From positions 62,001 through 117,005 of the forward strand of contig CAUYUJ010000191.1 of the NCBI GenBank assembly GCA_963575745.1: a DNA stretch of 55,005 nucleotides. Direction: 5' to 3'. Source of the stretch: Prorocentrum cordatum. Lineage: Eukaryota. Below are positions 22,284 through 34,994 of the stretch, piece after piece. The position numbers and the translations under genes are program-made. The notes beneath the pieces were generated by a model. It was not told where the DNA came from, searched no databases, and saw nothing but the letters and a program-made list of their open reading frames with translations. Within the stretch, counting starts at the first letter, position 1, and each line of letters opens with the position of its first letter.

Positions 22284-25200
22284 ATGGAGCCCCTGCGGCG
22301 CATGCGCCGCAAGGGATCCATCGAGGCCTCGCGTCCGAGCTCTCCAACGGCGCGACGGCTCGGTGACGAGTTGGAGAGCCTTAGTGCGGACTGTGTTGGT
22401 GTTCCAGATACCCCCCCCCAGCTCCGACGGACCCGAGGCGCGGCTAGCTGCTGAGCTTCACCGCAACGCCGCCCGCGGGGGGACAGGAGAAGGAGTAGGA
22501 ATAGGAAGGAAGGAGTTTCACACGCCTACCTTCGATCCTCCATCCCCTTCCCCGTCGGGAGCAATCCCAACCGCGTCGGGCGAAAGCCTCACCGGTCATG
22601 ACACTCCAGGGCGCTTTCGCGCTAACCGCCGATGGACCTCAGGTGCCGGTACCCCCAGCCCTGCGACCGTCCCCGCGGCGGAGCACGTAGCCACCTTTGA
22701 GGAACTCAGTAGACCAGTGGCGGCACAGCCGCAGACGCAGTACCCCAAGGTATCATCGGATGAGACACCGCACACATGGTCCGAGTCGCAGCTCGTCCGC
22801 GCGCAACCGCCGTGGAGCCCCGGGCCCATACGGCGAGAGTAGGTCGATCCCGCGTGCTGCCTCTCAGAGGCCATGCGCTCCCCGCGACAGGGGACACAGG
22901 GAAGCTGACGCCCCCCACCTCTCCGTCTCAGACGACCAGCTGGCGGAAACGTCCGCCGCTGGTGAAATAGCTGAGCTCAGAAACCAGGTTGAAACCTTCG
23001 TGTCCAGGCAATACTCTGGACAACTGCAGAGCGTTCAGACGAACGCTGCCGATGCTGCAGCCATACGCCACGATCTGGACGGCGCCGTAGGGATGATTGA
23101 TTCCAGGATCGCCGAATATCGACGTATCATAGGTGAACTGCAGTACCAGGTTGATCGTGAGGTGTCACACTCAGGTGAACGAACGGCGATGGTCGAGAAC
23201 CTGCGCAACTACCTCGCGCAGATGGAGCAACAGCTTGTGCTCGTACGCGACACAGGCGTTTCAGCAGTCAGGATTTTACATGATGGAATCCACGACCAGC
23301 TCCGCAACCGACCAACAACAGCCGAGGCCACCGACCTTGGCGACGTTCAGTCTCAGACCAATGATCTTCGGTCTTATCTAGACCACACTACGGCGACGCT
23401 TCGCAACGAAGCACACACCAACTCGTCGAACCTGATCGGCATGTTGCAGCGTACTGAAAGAGTCATCACTCAAAGGCTTGATGCGACCAACGCTGTCGTG
23501 CAGCCACTCGCTAACCGGATCTCTGACATCGAGCAGTGTTTTCCTGGTGTGCAGGGCGCCCTGGCAGAGTTGCGTGTCGGACGAGCCCAGACTGATCAGC
23601 TGGATTCTCCTCCCACGGTTTACGATTTCGCCCGCCTCACTGACAGGTTGCAGGAGGTTGAGAGGGCGGCGGACCACGCGCAGTTGGAGCTCTCCCAGGT
23701 CATTCGTGAAAGAGATACTGAGAAGGTACGTGTAGAGAGTCACCTCCCACGTCTGGAAAGCGAGCTGGAGGCGCAAAGCGCCCGTCTCCGAGCATGCGAG
23801 CAACGACTTGATCGGTATTCACAACGTTCTCGGGATACTGATGAGTATACACGCCAAAAGGTGGCACGCGTACACGAAGACATGACGAGCTGGACGAATC
23901 AGCTGATCGACCACACCAACGACACCAACCTCCACCTTCGACCTGCAGCCGACCTGCGCAGGCCGACGGCAGCGTCCGCCGAAGCACCACAAGCTTCCGC
24001 AGGACAACAACGACGTACGTCACCAGGAGCAGCCTCCGCGGCAGCTTCTGCACAGACACGCCATGTGTCTCCTGTGCGCACAGAACCAACTACTGACGGT
24101 GCACCGATACCCTCGCAACCATTGTCTGCGATTTCGGTCCATACTACAACTCCTATCAAGGAGTCAGACACCGTCCGAGTCCCTGTCTTGCCTAAGATCA
24201 CGCAGCTGCTCGAGTGGCAGCAACAAGTACGGAAGAACTTTGGGGCCGCCTCAGGGCGACCATCCAAAGCATGCGCTTTCCTATGCGTGGCTGAACTGCC
24301 CGAATGTACATTCGAGGACTTACAAGACAGTGGAGACTTTGAGAGCATCGATTGCAAACTCGCTACCGCTCTGAGCGACATCTTATCCTCGGACTTATGC
24401 TGCCAAATCAGGCTCATCGAAACTAGAGAGCACAAAGCAGGGCGCATGCTCAACGGACGCCAGATTTACTGGCACATCCTACAGTCCTACAAAGTGACAG
24501 AGGTTGACGACGACCTGCACGATTTCGAGCGCCTTAAAGAACTCAGGATGAGAGATGACGATTTGCAACGTTTTATTACTAACTGGGACGCTTTACTCTT
24601 GGAATGCCGAGAAGCACCCGATCCAAAGATCTTGGAATCGCTGTTTCGTACACAGATTCGGAGACATGTATGGATGAAACAAGACATGTACGAGTACCAG
24701 CGCATGAAGATGAGCGACCCGAATCGTGCCTATGGTTGGCTTCGACAGCGTGTCCTAGACATACTGGAGCTTAAACAATTGGAGAAGAATCAAAACAAGT
24801 TACGGTACGAACATGAGACGCGATCTCAAGTCAACGTGTGCGCTGCCTGGAAGAAAGGCAATTGTCGCAATGGTGAACGGTGCAAGGCTTTGCATACATA
24901 TTCCAGGGATTGGAAGAACAACAAATCTTCCAGAACACCAACGGCTGGTGGCAACCCCCGCCGTAGTATGTCCACTCCTGCGACTCGCAAGAAGCCCGCA
25001 TCGAAACCATTTTGCTTCGATTTCGCCAAGCGCAACACATGTACCAGAGGCGATAAGTGTAACTTTCCACACGTCGCACAGTGTAAGGATTTCGCACAGA
25101 ATAAGTACCCAAACGGCGACGCATGCAAATGCGCTCATCTTACACCTGGTGCAAAGACTCCTGAGCGAAGCCCGAGTCGACCACGGACCTCCAGCCAGGA

Positions 25201-26230
25201 TAGCCGTGGCCGATCACCATCCCGCGGATCAGGAAGCCAACGTTCTTCACAACGCGGGGGGTTTCGCTATGCAAGCGACTCGCGCCATGGACGTGACAAC
25301 CGACGCCAATGCGACCGATCTCGTTCAACATCCAGGAGGTCCCCAGACTCTCGCAGTCAATCGAGAAGTCGATGCGACAGATCTTCGAGATCTACCTCCC
25401 GAGGGCGAGACAATCGTGGCGGCGGACGCGGCAGTCCACGCGGCCGTGATAGATCATATGGTAGTGACAAAGGACGTGGCAGACGTTCCCCGAGCCATGG
25501 TTCGTCCCGTGGCTCACCCCACGCCAGAGCACGTTCTCCTGCCAACTTTCGACGTTCACGCCGTTCCGACCGCAGTTACGTCATCCGTGACAAGACCCTC
25601 ATGGCCAACACCAAGGCCACAGCGACATCTACCAACGCACGTCGTCGGATACGCTTCGACATACGTAACGTGGAATACTGTTTACATACCGTATCTGGCA
25701 GGGCCAGATTTGATAAATGGAAAGAGATGCCGAACGAGGGTGACATCGTCAATGTACCAGAACCGTTACCACAACGATGGTGGGATCAAAGTGCGAATGC
25801 TTTACGAGAATGTCAAACAGAGGCACAGCTATGGTACTCTGACCTATATGACTACCGACACAATAAAGAGTCGGTGGCCACACCAGCTGCGATCCGAAAA
25901 TGTGACGGCACTGTTAAGCAGTCATCAAAGACAGCCCAGACGAAGACAACGACAATGCAAGTCGACCCACCACGTTCGACTGCTGCATTGACACGATCCT
26001 GGGTTCTCGACAGTGGTTCTGCTCATCATATGCAGGGAAAACACGAACTAACGCAGACCGAATCGGATCGCATATCTATTCGCGAAGAGCATATTCTGGA
26101 AACCGCCAATGGTGATCGTACTGTCAACGAGCACTACGACATACGGCTACCCGAGGTTGGCTTACACAGTTCAGCCCTTGCCTTGCCAGACTGTCCATCT
26201 TTTCTATCAGTTGGGAAAGATCGAGGTTGA
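22284..26230 (+). pseudogene. Copia Gag (coiled coil, capsid-like region, 3 CCCH fingers, RS-rich region) and aspartic protease
   Basis: Main frame is ORF 22697-26230; the likely ATG at 22284 is reached via frameshifts. Fingers: CAAWKKGNCRNGERCKALH, CFDFAKRNTCTRGDKCNFPH, CKDFAQNKYPNGDACKCAH. Protease: WVLDSGSAHHM, LETANG, FLSVG. Confidence 0.85.
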
Positions 26231-27791
26231 TGGCTTTCGGCAGCTTTGGGATCCTGAGCTGGGCTACTTGCTTCAGGATCCGGGGGGCCAATGGTATAAT
26301 ATTCCAGTCAACAATCGAGTCCCAGAGTTACGACTCGACGACTTGACACTGATACCACCACCACGTTTATGCACTTCGTCCGCACCCCGACGTCGTCAGC
26401 GCAAGCGTTCATCCGCCCGCTGCAACGACATTTGTTGTTGCTGTCAAACTACAGAGCAGTCAACCACTGCAGACGAGCTACGGCCCCACATAGGGACCTG
26501 CCCCAAGAGACCACATGTCGGAGAGGGAGGAGGAGCACGGACCACCACGGTCGCAGAACCTCCCGACACAAACACAGACGAGCCTAACGTGGACACACCC
26601 ACCGACTCGCCTACGTCTCAGACGCAGTGTTCTCCTCCACAATGCGGGGGGCTAGTAGATATAGCTCAAGCAGATAATGACATGCCGACAGAGACACCCA
26701 CGCGAACGCATCGCGACAATGATCGAGTTCTCCCCAACAAACAGAAGAAACCGATCGACCCGATGCATTACATGACTCACAGCCCAAAACACCCTGACTG
26801 TGAGATCTGTTCTCGTACGATGGCGCAGAATGCCCCGTGTAGACGACAGCGCAAACCACATGCGCCGGCAGACCCCACCGACGAGGATAACGCCTACGAG
26901 GCTTTTGTCCCGAAGAAGTTTGGTGAGGCTTTAACTGCCGACCATATCGTGCTGGCCAAAGACGATGCCGCGGACAAACACGGCGACAAGTATGCACTTG
27001 TTCTCCTCGACAGATATACCGGCATCTTCATGGCCTACCCAGCACTACACAAAGACGCAGCTACCACAAAGGCATCCTTTCAACAGTTCATCGCCGCGAA
27101 CGATGAGGTGAAGCATATCTATACAGACAATTCTGGAGAGCTTCAGAAAGCTCGCCGCCAACTGGGATGGAGACACGACACGAGTGCGCCACATCGTCCG
27201 CAAACGAACGGTTTGATTGAGCGCGTCGTCAAAATTGTCATTCTCGGTGCGAGAGCTGTGTTACATATGTCTGGTCTGGGACACGAATGGTGGAAAGAGG
27301 CCATGCAAGCCTTTTGCTGTGGACACAATTTTGTGCATGCATCCACGGGCGTGGCTGTCCTCAATGAAGAGCATGCAGATAAGACAGCTCATGAAATACG
27401 ATTTGGCGAAAGCTTTCCCGGGCACTGCGTGCCATTCGGTGCTCGGATCTTTTGGAAATGCCTCAACCCCGAGATTAACAACGAGACTGCAAAGTTTAAA
27501 GAAAATGCTCGGGAAGGGTTATTCATGGGTTACCACTTACACTCTGGTGGACGATGGTCAGGTGACTACCTTGTCTTGGACGCGGCTACGTGCGCCAAGA
27601 ATCCTGATGGTGAACTGTGTCACGTGCACAGAGTCAAAGACATCATCATCCCTGATGGCAAGTTCACCTACCCAGTGAAAGAAGGTACTCTACGACATCA
27701 TAACCCTGAGGCACACGACGAGGTCAAGGCATCCACATCTCGCCCCTTGGGTGACAAACCGATGCCCGATCCTCCAATTTTCCTACCCTAG
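26109..27791 (+). pseudogene. Copia integrase
   Basis: HHCC HYMTHSPKHPDCEIC; D-D-E in LTADH, YTDNSGE and NGLIER; downstream GLFMGY motif. Frameshifted relative to its neighbours. Confidence 0.92.
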
Positions 27792-28569
27792 AGATTGGGA
27801 TGGCCCATCTATGATGACAACGGAGGACAACGCCGCTGATATCCAAACATCGGCCTCTGAAGATGCTGCACCAGCGCCGGAGCCCGACTACTGGGAACAG
27901 CGCGGATATTGCGTCATCAGACATATTCGTACTCCACGCAAGAAACTGTTCATTCCGACGGACGACGTCATGCACATACCTGTACCTGTTGATCAACTCG
28001 ATGTGACACGAGATTTCAAGACAACTTATATTTTTGAGGGAGAAAGTGACTTTCGAGATGTTTGGGATGGTGTTAGCGCCAACGACCACAGGGAATTAAG
28101 CGAGCCGTGGACAGGCACGATTCAATTCTATGAGCTCCCAAAAATGACGCCAGGCGGCAAAATGGTGGTTCGTGGGCGCGAGACACGTATGCAGACTACT
28201 ACACGTCTTGATCACATTCTTCCCGAGCATTGGAAAACACTCTCTCGTGGACAACAAAAGAAGGAAATCGAGTACGCCAACGACGTTAAACGGGCTCGTG
28301 AGATTCGCGACCGAGCTGCACTAAGAGTGTGGACAAGACAGGACAAACAGGTCAACAGTTTTCGTACCACTACATCCGGCGGACCCACATGGAATACTGT
28401 GGAACGACGGATTACATACGACACTGACAGTGGCGACGTCATCCGCGACGAAAACGTCAAAGGCGTGACAAACAAAGAAATACTGTATGCCAAATTACCT
28501 GGTGGGCCACGTGACATTACTACGGTACTGTACTACCGCCAATCACCACAACAGCGCGAGGGAGAATAA
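27751..28569 (+). pseudogene. Copia IN-RT interdomain region
   Basis: Same frame as the RT ORF at 28585, separated from it by a single TAA (28567-28569). Confidence 0.7.
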
Positions 28570-28584
28570 CGTGCTCTGGTACTT

Positions 28585-31500
28585 GTGGATAGTGAAGGAA
28601 CCGACTTTGGGGCCATGAACCCGCTCATACGCCAGTTCACCCAGTCGGTAGTAATACCAACTATGCCACGTGAGACCACCTACACGCCGGCACACAGGGA
28701 TAAAATACCTCATTCCTCATGGTCACGCCCGGCACTAGTTGCCAGAAACCTGAGTAAGAAAGAAGTTGCCGCAGAACCACGTGCACAAGAAGCCCTCCGA
28801 AAAGAATGCGAGATATTGGAAAAGAAACAAACGTGGATGTTGGAGACAGTTGCAGAAAAAACTGATATTGAGTCACGAGCGATCCGCACTGGGACGGAAG
28901 TTCATTTCTTCAATATCTTGGAGCTATCTTCAGTCAAACACGAGGAACTTCCACCTGATCTACGTAAATTCAAGGGCAGAGTGGTGGTTCAGGGCAATAC
29001 AGGCAAAGATGCAACTGGTTTGGCCGCCATATTCGCCGACGCCGCTTCCAGCGCTTCGTATATTGAGGCTTCCAAACTTTGCGATGCTACTGCATTATTG
29101 CCACAATATGCGGGAGAGCAAAGTGATGCACCTGGAGCCTACACGCAGGCATTATTATACGGCGACGGACGAATCGATCCAGTTGATACTTGGATTACCA
29201 TACCTAAATGGCGACAACCGACATCATGGTCAAAATGCAAGAATCCAGTGTGCCGATTACGATTGGCACTATACGGACACCCTCTCGCATGTGTCTTTTG
29301 GGAACGAAAATGCCGTACATGCTTAGAAAGCGTTGGTTTCGAGCCTATTTCAGGATGGGAATGTGTATGGAGGCACAACAAACTGGGACTGATACTTTCA
29401 GTATATGTGGACGACTTTAAATTAGCCGGCCCAGCTCGCAATCTACAGACTGGCTGGGATTATATTCGCAAAAGCGGTATTGACTTGGATCCACCTACTC
29501 CATACTCACAATATCTGGGTTGTGGACAACAAGCATATGATGTACCGCAGACTATCTTCGACAAAAGAATGTCCACCATACGCGCTATGTTGCCCGTACA
29601 CAATGAGAGAGATTACAATGCGGCTAAACAGGTTCGTGGAATTCGACATGATATGCTTGGTTTTACCGATCAGTGCATTGAACGATACCTGGAATGCGCC
29701 TCCAAGCGCGCCCAGGGACCAGGGTCACGTCGGAAACGATCCGACTCGCCGAGGACTTCGCGATCCAAATCGCCCGCATCCTCCGGGTCGGTCGCCAGAC
29801 CTACTAGTGTGCTCAACGCACGGCCACGATCATCCAGCCCAGCAAAATCGGTCGACACGACATCTACCACGACAGATCCCATACCCGTCACATACGATGA
29901 CCTACCTGACGCCGAGACCCCTGGCATCGAGGACACCTCCTTCACTGATTCCGACTATTCCGACGAGGGCATCCTTGGCCAGGACGCGGCGAGTGTACTA
30001 ATGAAGATCCTATACCTGGCACGTTGCTGTCGTTTTGATCTTCTACATCCAGTATGTATGCTGGCCAGAGAAATTACCAAATGGAATACTGCGTGTGATG
30101 AACGTCTACATCGATTGATATGCTACATCAAAACGACGCGTACACATTGTCTGCACGGATGGATAGGTGATTCGTCAGACAAGTTATCCATCATGCTCTT
30201 TACTGACGCCTCGTTCGCTGATTGCATTACATCATCAAAATCCACTACCGGCGTTTTTGCCGCACTTGTTGGACCCAACGCGTTCTTTCCAGTCAACGCT
30301 GTATGTAAGAAACAAACGGTTGTCTCACATTTATCTACTGAATCCGAGATCGTTGCTCTTGATTCAGCACTACGACTGGAAGGGTTACCACTACTCTCAT
30401 TCTGGGAAGCCGTGGTGGGAGTTGCCAAAACATGCAAAGAGAAGAATGCATGCCTGAGCTGCCATAGACACGTCGACCCGGCGATGTGTCCTACATTGGC
30501 AGCCAAAAAGAAGCGTAAACCATCGCCTCGCAAGGCACCCCCTACACGGGGATCTTCTCCTAGCCGTAGGCAACTACCGCTAAATACGGAATTACCTACG
30601 CCTCCAAAGAGACGTGCAATATCCCATGAGGGTGCAGTATTGCACGTGGATCCAGAACCGGCTCAAGAGATCAGTTATCCCAAAGTGCGTCTTATCGTCC
30701 TGGATGATAACCAGGCCGTGATCAAAATTGTCCAAAAAGGACTTGCTCCAGCACTTCGTCATCTTCATCGTACTCATCGTATCAACCTGGATTGGATATG
30801 CGAGACGTGCCAACTCGAACATATCGAGCTCAAATACGTAGGTACAAAGGAGCAGATCGCAGATATGATGACCAAACATTTCGAGACGAAGAAAGCAGAC
30901 CTTTGGAAGGATCTCTTGGAACACTCGCTCATATTTCCCGCTACTCCGGTACAGTGTCCTCCAAAGAAACCCTGGAAACCACTGAGAGGGCCTCGGGGGC
31001 CCGATGGTTTACCTCGCGTTGCGGAACCTCCCAAACTGGATGGATGCCCGGAAGTATGCAAAATATTACTTACAGAAAAAGAAAGATGGGGCGAAGTAGG
31101 ATCAGAATGTGGATTCCGATGCGTTGGACAAGCCAATCACGAGGGAATCTGCGCATGCATGTACCACATTGGCGTACCAGCCGCAGCTATTGCGTCGCGC
31201 ACACCTCGTTCACGCGCACGTTCCCCGCGCGGTAGACATCCCCGCCATCCTCCCTCGCCTCCGCAAGATGCAGAGAGATTTAGGACATTACTTATACGTT
31301 CATGCCGCAGCAATTTTACGACTCGAGCTACAAGGCTCACAGGCATCCTGTTCGCCGCGTGCGAGGCGAAAATAAGTGAGATCGGTTCTAATCCCGACGC
31401 CCCCATCCACGAGATGGATCAGGCACAGCCGCTCAACCTCATCGGCTGGCCCATCGGCTACGACACGGAGTGCGACCCGAACGCCAAGGACGACGACCGC

Positions 31501-33135
31501 GTGGGCTTCACGTACCACGCTCAAACTGGCCGTTCTCGTGATCCTGATGATGGTTACATATACATACATCAACGGCGTGCTGATCGCAGTGGAGAGTTCG
31601 ATCTCCGCGTGCCCGACGAATCCTCTATTCGAGAAATTGCCCGCTTTGCGTCCACCGACGTTAAGAGCTGGATCAATGACACGAGAGGATCAGTCGGCGG
31701 CGACGCCAACTATGACTACAGCACATTTACAGCTACACCGTGGCTATCATTCATGCGTGCTATGTGTATTCTTTTCAGTCTGTTCAATCGTAATCCGTCT
31801 GTACAAGAAAGTGTTCGTGGCTTACATGATCATTTGAACGCGGTGATCCCAGGAACGCACCGCAAGTGCCCACCAGAGAACTTTACGACGATGATATTGA
31901 AGACGGAGTGGCTGATGATTCGCAACGGTTGGTCCAATATTGGCAGTGCAGTACTGGGACAATATGCCGAGGACAGCGTTCAGGATACACAAATATACTA
32001 TTCAAATGGTCTTTGTGCACCATCCGATGTATACAGCAATGGATTGGTAACTCCATGCTATGCTCCTAAACATGATCGTACAACGGCCAAGTTACCTACA
32101 CGCCCACCTGGCGTTGCCAGGACATCGGATACATCTGGACACATCGGCCGCATTGTTGAGGATAATTTGGTCACCAACATGAGAGCATTTTCCGACCTTA
32201 ACCAAACAAGCAAATTTCGCCGCAAGCTCAGTGCATGGCTGACGGCGCGCGGAGGGTTTGGAGGTATCGGATCATACTCCAAGACGGTGGCAACACCATC
32301 CGATCATCCAGAAGGCTGGGTGGCAATATCAGATCATGACGGGGATATGACAAGTACCTATCGTTGGCAACCATACAACGAGGGCGACGACTTCTTCGGC
32401 GAAGCCGCTGACCAGATCGGGCAGATCGACCCTGGTCTTACCCCTGGCCCTGATGTTGACCCATTCGAGCTGGACCAATCAAAGTACAGCGCTTTCTGTG
32501 GTGGTCGTTTGGTTTCTACTCTTCTTTCAGATAATGGGTGGTGTTCCCTCATGCAAGAAGACTTGGGACTACTCTTGCATCATGCATTTGGTCCATCAGG
32601 GCACGCGTACAAATGGACCAACTTATACACCGACTCAACGTGGATTATGCAGGCCAAGAACAAGGCCAAGAGTGCAAAACAGAAGAAGTACCCAACTTAC
32701 GGCATCGACGAGCTCAACACTGCACAGAAGCGAGAAGAACTCGCCAAGGCATCAAACGTTGCTCTCGTACCGCTATTTATGCCGTGCCTCGACCGCGCGG
32801 AATACATGGGCGGCGCTACTCTCGAGCAATTCGCGACCATTATCCGCGACGGCATCATGATGTGGGCATTCTCCTTTGGCAATTATAAAGAATGGTTCAG
32901 ACAGAACGACACGCCGATTGGCCAAGATTGCGTTCGATTGCCAGAGGCTGGTGGAGACACCCGCTATGGTATGGAGGAACTACTTAAGCCGCGTTTCGAG
33001 ACACAGGAAACCCGTACCACAGCTATTCTCAACAACCAGTATGAGTGCACTCTCGAGCAGCGCAACATGATCAGGATGATCCGCGAAGCCGGGTGCCTCA
33101 TGTTCCACAGCGACAATGCTTTCATCAAAAAGTGA
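28585..33135 (+). pseudogene. Copia reverse transcriptase + RNase H, continuing in frame into the accessory extension
   Basis: RT: FKGRVVVQG, SDAPGAYTQA, LRLALYGHP, VYVDDF. RNase H: FTDASFAD, STESEIVA, LDDNQAVI, QIADMMTK (~30860). About 750 further codons follow with no stop. Confidence 0.93.
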
Positions 33136-33660
33136 TGCGAATTAAACGAGACAATCTGGGCCTACTGGGCCAACGATTTTCCATCATATGTGAAACAAAG
33201 ACATTATTGCTGGGGCCTCAATGCTATGGTGGTATGGAGCGCGAATGACATCGCATGCGCCAACCACGGACAGAGCACCGTGGACATGCGTCGACATCAG
33301 AATCGTGCACCTACCGACGTATATGAGCTCCAGAAAATGGAATGTGAGGATGGCGTCCCGACGCTCATGCCAGTACACGTACGCGTGGACGTATCACGTT
33401 TTGTCGATGTGATGCAGTACTTCCGCTGTCCCACAGTCATGGGGCCTGGCAAAGCAGCACAATGGGGCGTACATCCGAACTTTGATCACCGCACGAACGA
33501 CCTGATCAATATTATGCAAAATCGTGGTATCACTGTTCTTCCATCAGATCACTGGGTGGAAACATACGATAGGATTATTCCGCAGGCTTGGCATGCAAAA
33601 CAGAACAACCATAACATGGCGATGTTTACAACACAGTTCTGCGACGCAGTATGCTATCGT
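32615..33660 (+). pseudogene. SGNH/GDSL hydrolase-like domain in the copia extension
   Basis: Ordered motifs LYTDS (block I, ~32623), MGGATL (block II, ~32806), VVWSANDI (block III, ~33229) and WH (block V-like, ~33589), all in one frame across a single TGA at 33133. Recognised by eye only. Confidence 0.45.
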
Positions 33661-33767
33661 AACTTCTGCGCTTTGATTCAATCACTGCCCTCTCAACCAT
33701 ATCCATTCAGGGCGCCATTACTGATTCCTGTCACGGATGAGCAGGCCCACCACAGGCCAAAGAGATC

Positions 33768-34973
33768 ATGGCTGCTCTCGATTTCAGAGAAGAGATGACA
33801 AACGAATGGAAAAGAGATCTCAGCCTCACGACGTTGATGACACAGACGGCAAGCGAAATGGCTCAGTGTGCGTGGATGGCATCCTGTGCCGATGGTACGT
33901 TGCTGGCATCACTGCCTGCTGACGCAGGCGACACAACGGAACCTATTCCAGGAATGCCGAAACGGACACCAGCACCTGACCCTAGCGAGCCAGACGAAGC
34001 CATCCCTGAAAATGATCCATGGGGCGTGGCATACGACGACTTGTTCCAGTACCTCATGCTGTTGATCAACGACTACCCTGGGGCTTGGGCATCCTGGCAT
34101 TCAGTCGAGAAACAAGAGCTCCTCCATCCCAAGATCATCAAAACGGTTGAAGATGCACATGCAGTTACTTGGGTTGTGTTCGAGCATTTTTTACAACAGA
34201 TTGCTGACTTGGATGGAGATGATAACGCGACCAAATCACGACTCACCGTGGAAAACAACAGGTTGACTTCTCCTTGCATCGGCCCTGCTGCCGAGAACGA
34301 GCGGAACATCATAGCATGCAAAGCATTCTTCAGGCAGAATGCACTAGATCGCGTGGCATTGGGCCATGATCCTGATGTTCCGACATCCGTGTGGCGTGCA
34401 GCGGCTGATACAGAACAGCCAGCTCCGCCAGGTCCATTGCCTGATCCACTGCAACCTGGACCGCAATCGATAGACGTGCCACAGCCATCGATTCCTGGAC
34501 CAACAGCAGACCAGCAGCCAGCAGATCAGCTCCCAAAGGCTGAGGCGGTACCGATCCCTGACGACGGCACTGACCTAGAGGCCATGGAGCTGGAGGCAAC
34601 TCCTGCCGAAGAGGAATCCTCTCCACATGAGATGAATTTATTATCATGGCAGGACAGCTGCGAGCGTTCCATGTACGAGGACATCAGCCAGGTCGGGATA
34701 TTCGATAACGCATGCACTATTCGAGAGTGGAAGCTGCAAGCAGGCATCAAGGATGACCATCCGTACGTATGTCCAATGCTGAGGGGTACACGCGCGACCA
34801 ATGGATTCGCCTGCCTGGAAAACGAAGATTGGTACGAGCAACTGTTGCACGATGATTGTGTGATTGCTCACGCGCCTGATATCGCACAGTCTGGTTGCTT
34901 TCCAGAATGGAAGTGGATATCGTTACCAAATTACGACGATGTACGTTATGGTCCCGAGTTAATTGAAGAATAA
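33768..34973 (+). pseudogene. Copia extension, unknown domain plus Pro/acidic linker
   Basis: 401-aa open frame, in frame with the downstream Tpt1-like segment across one TAA. Confidence 0.65.
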
Positions 34974-34994
34974 TGGCTGGGAACAAACAAATAC

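Noticed and set aside
24813..25991. 392-aa alternative-frame ORF overlapping copia gag
   Set aside because: Shadow frame of the RS-rich region with no motifs; the Gag frame carries the recognisable domains.
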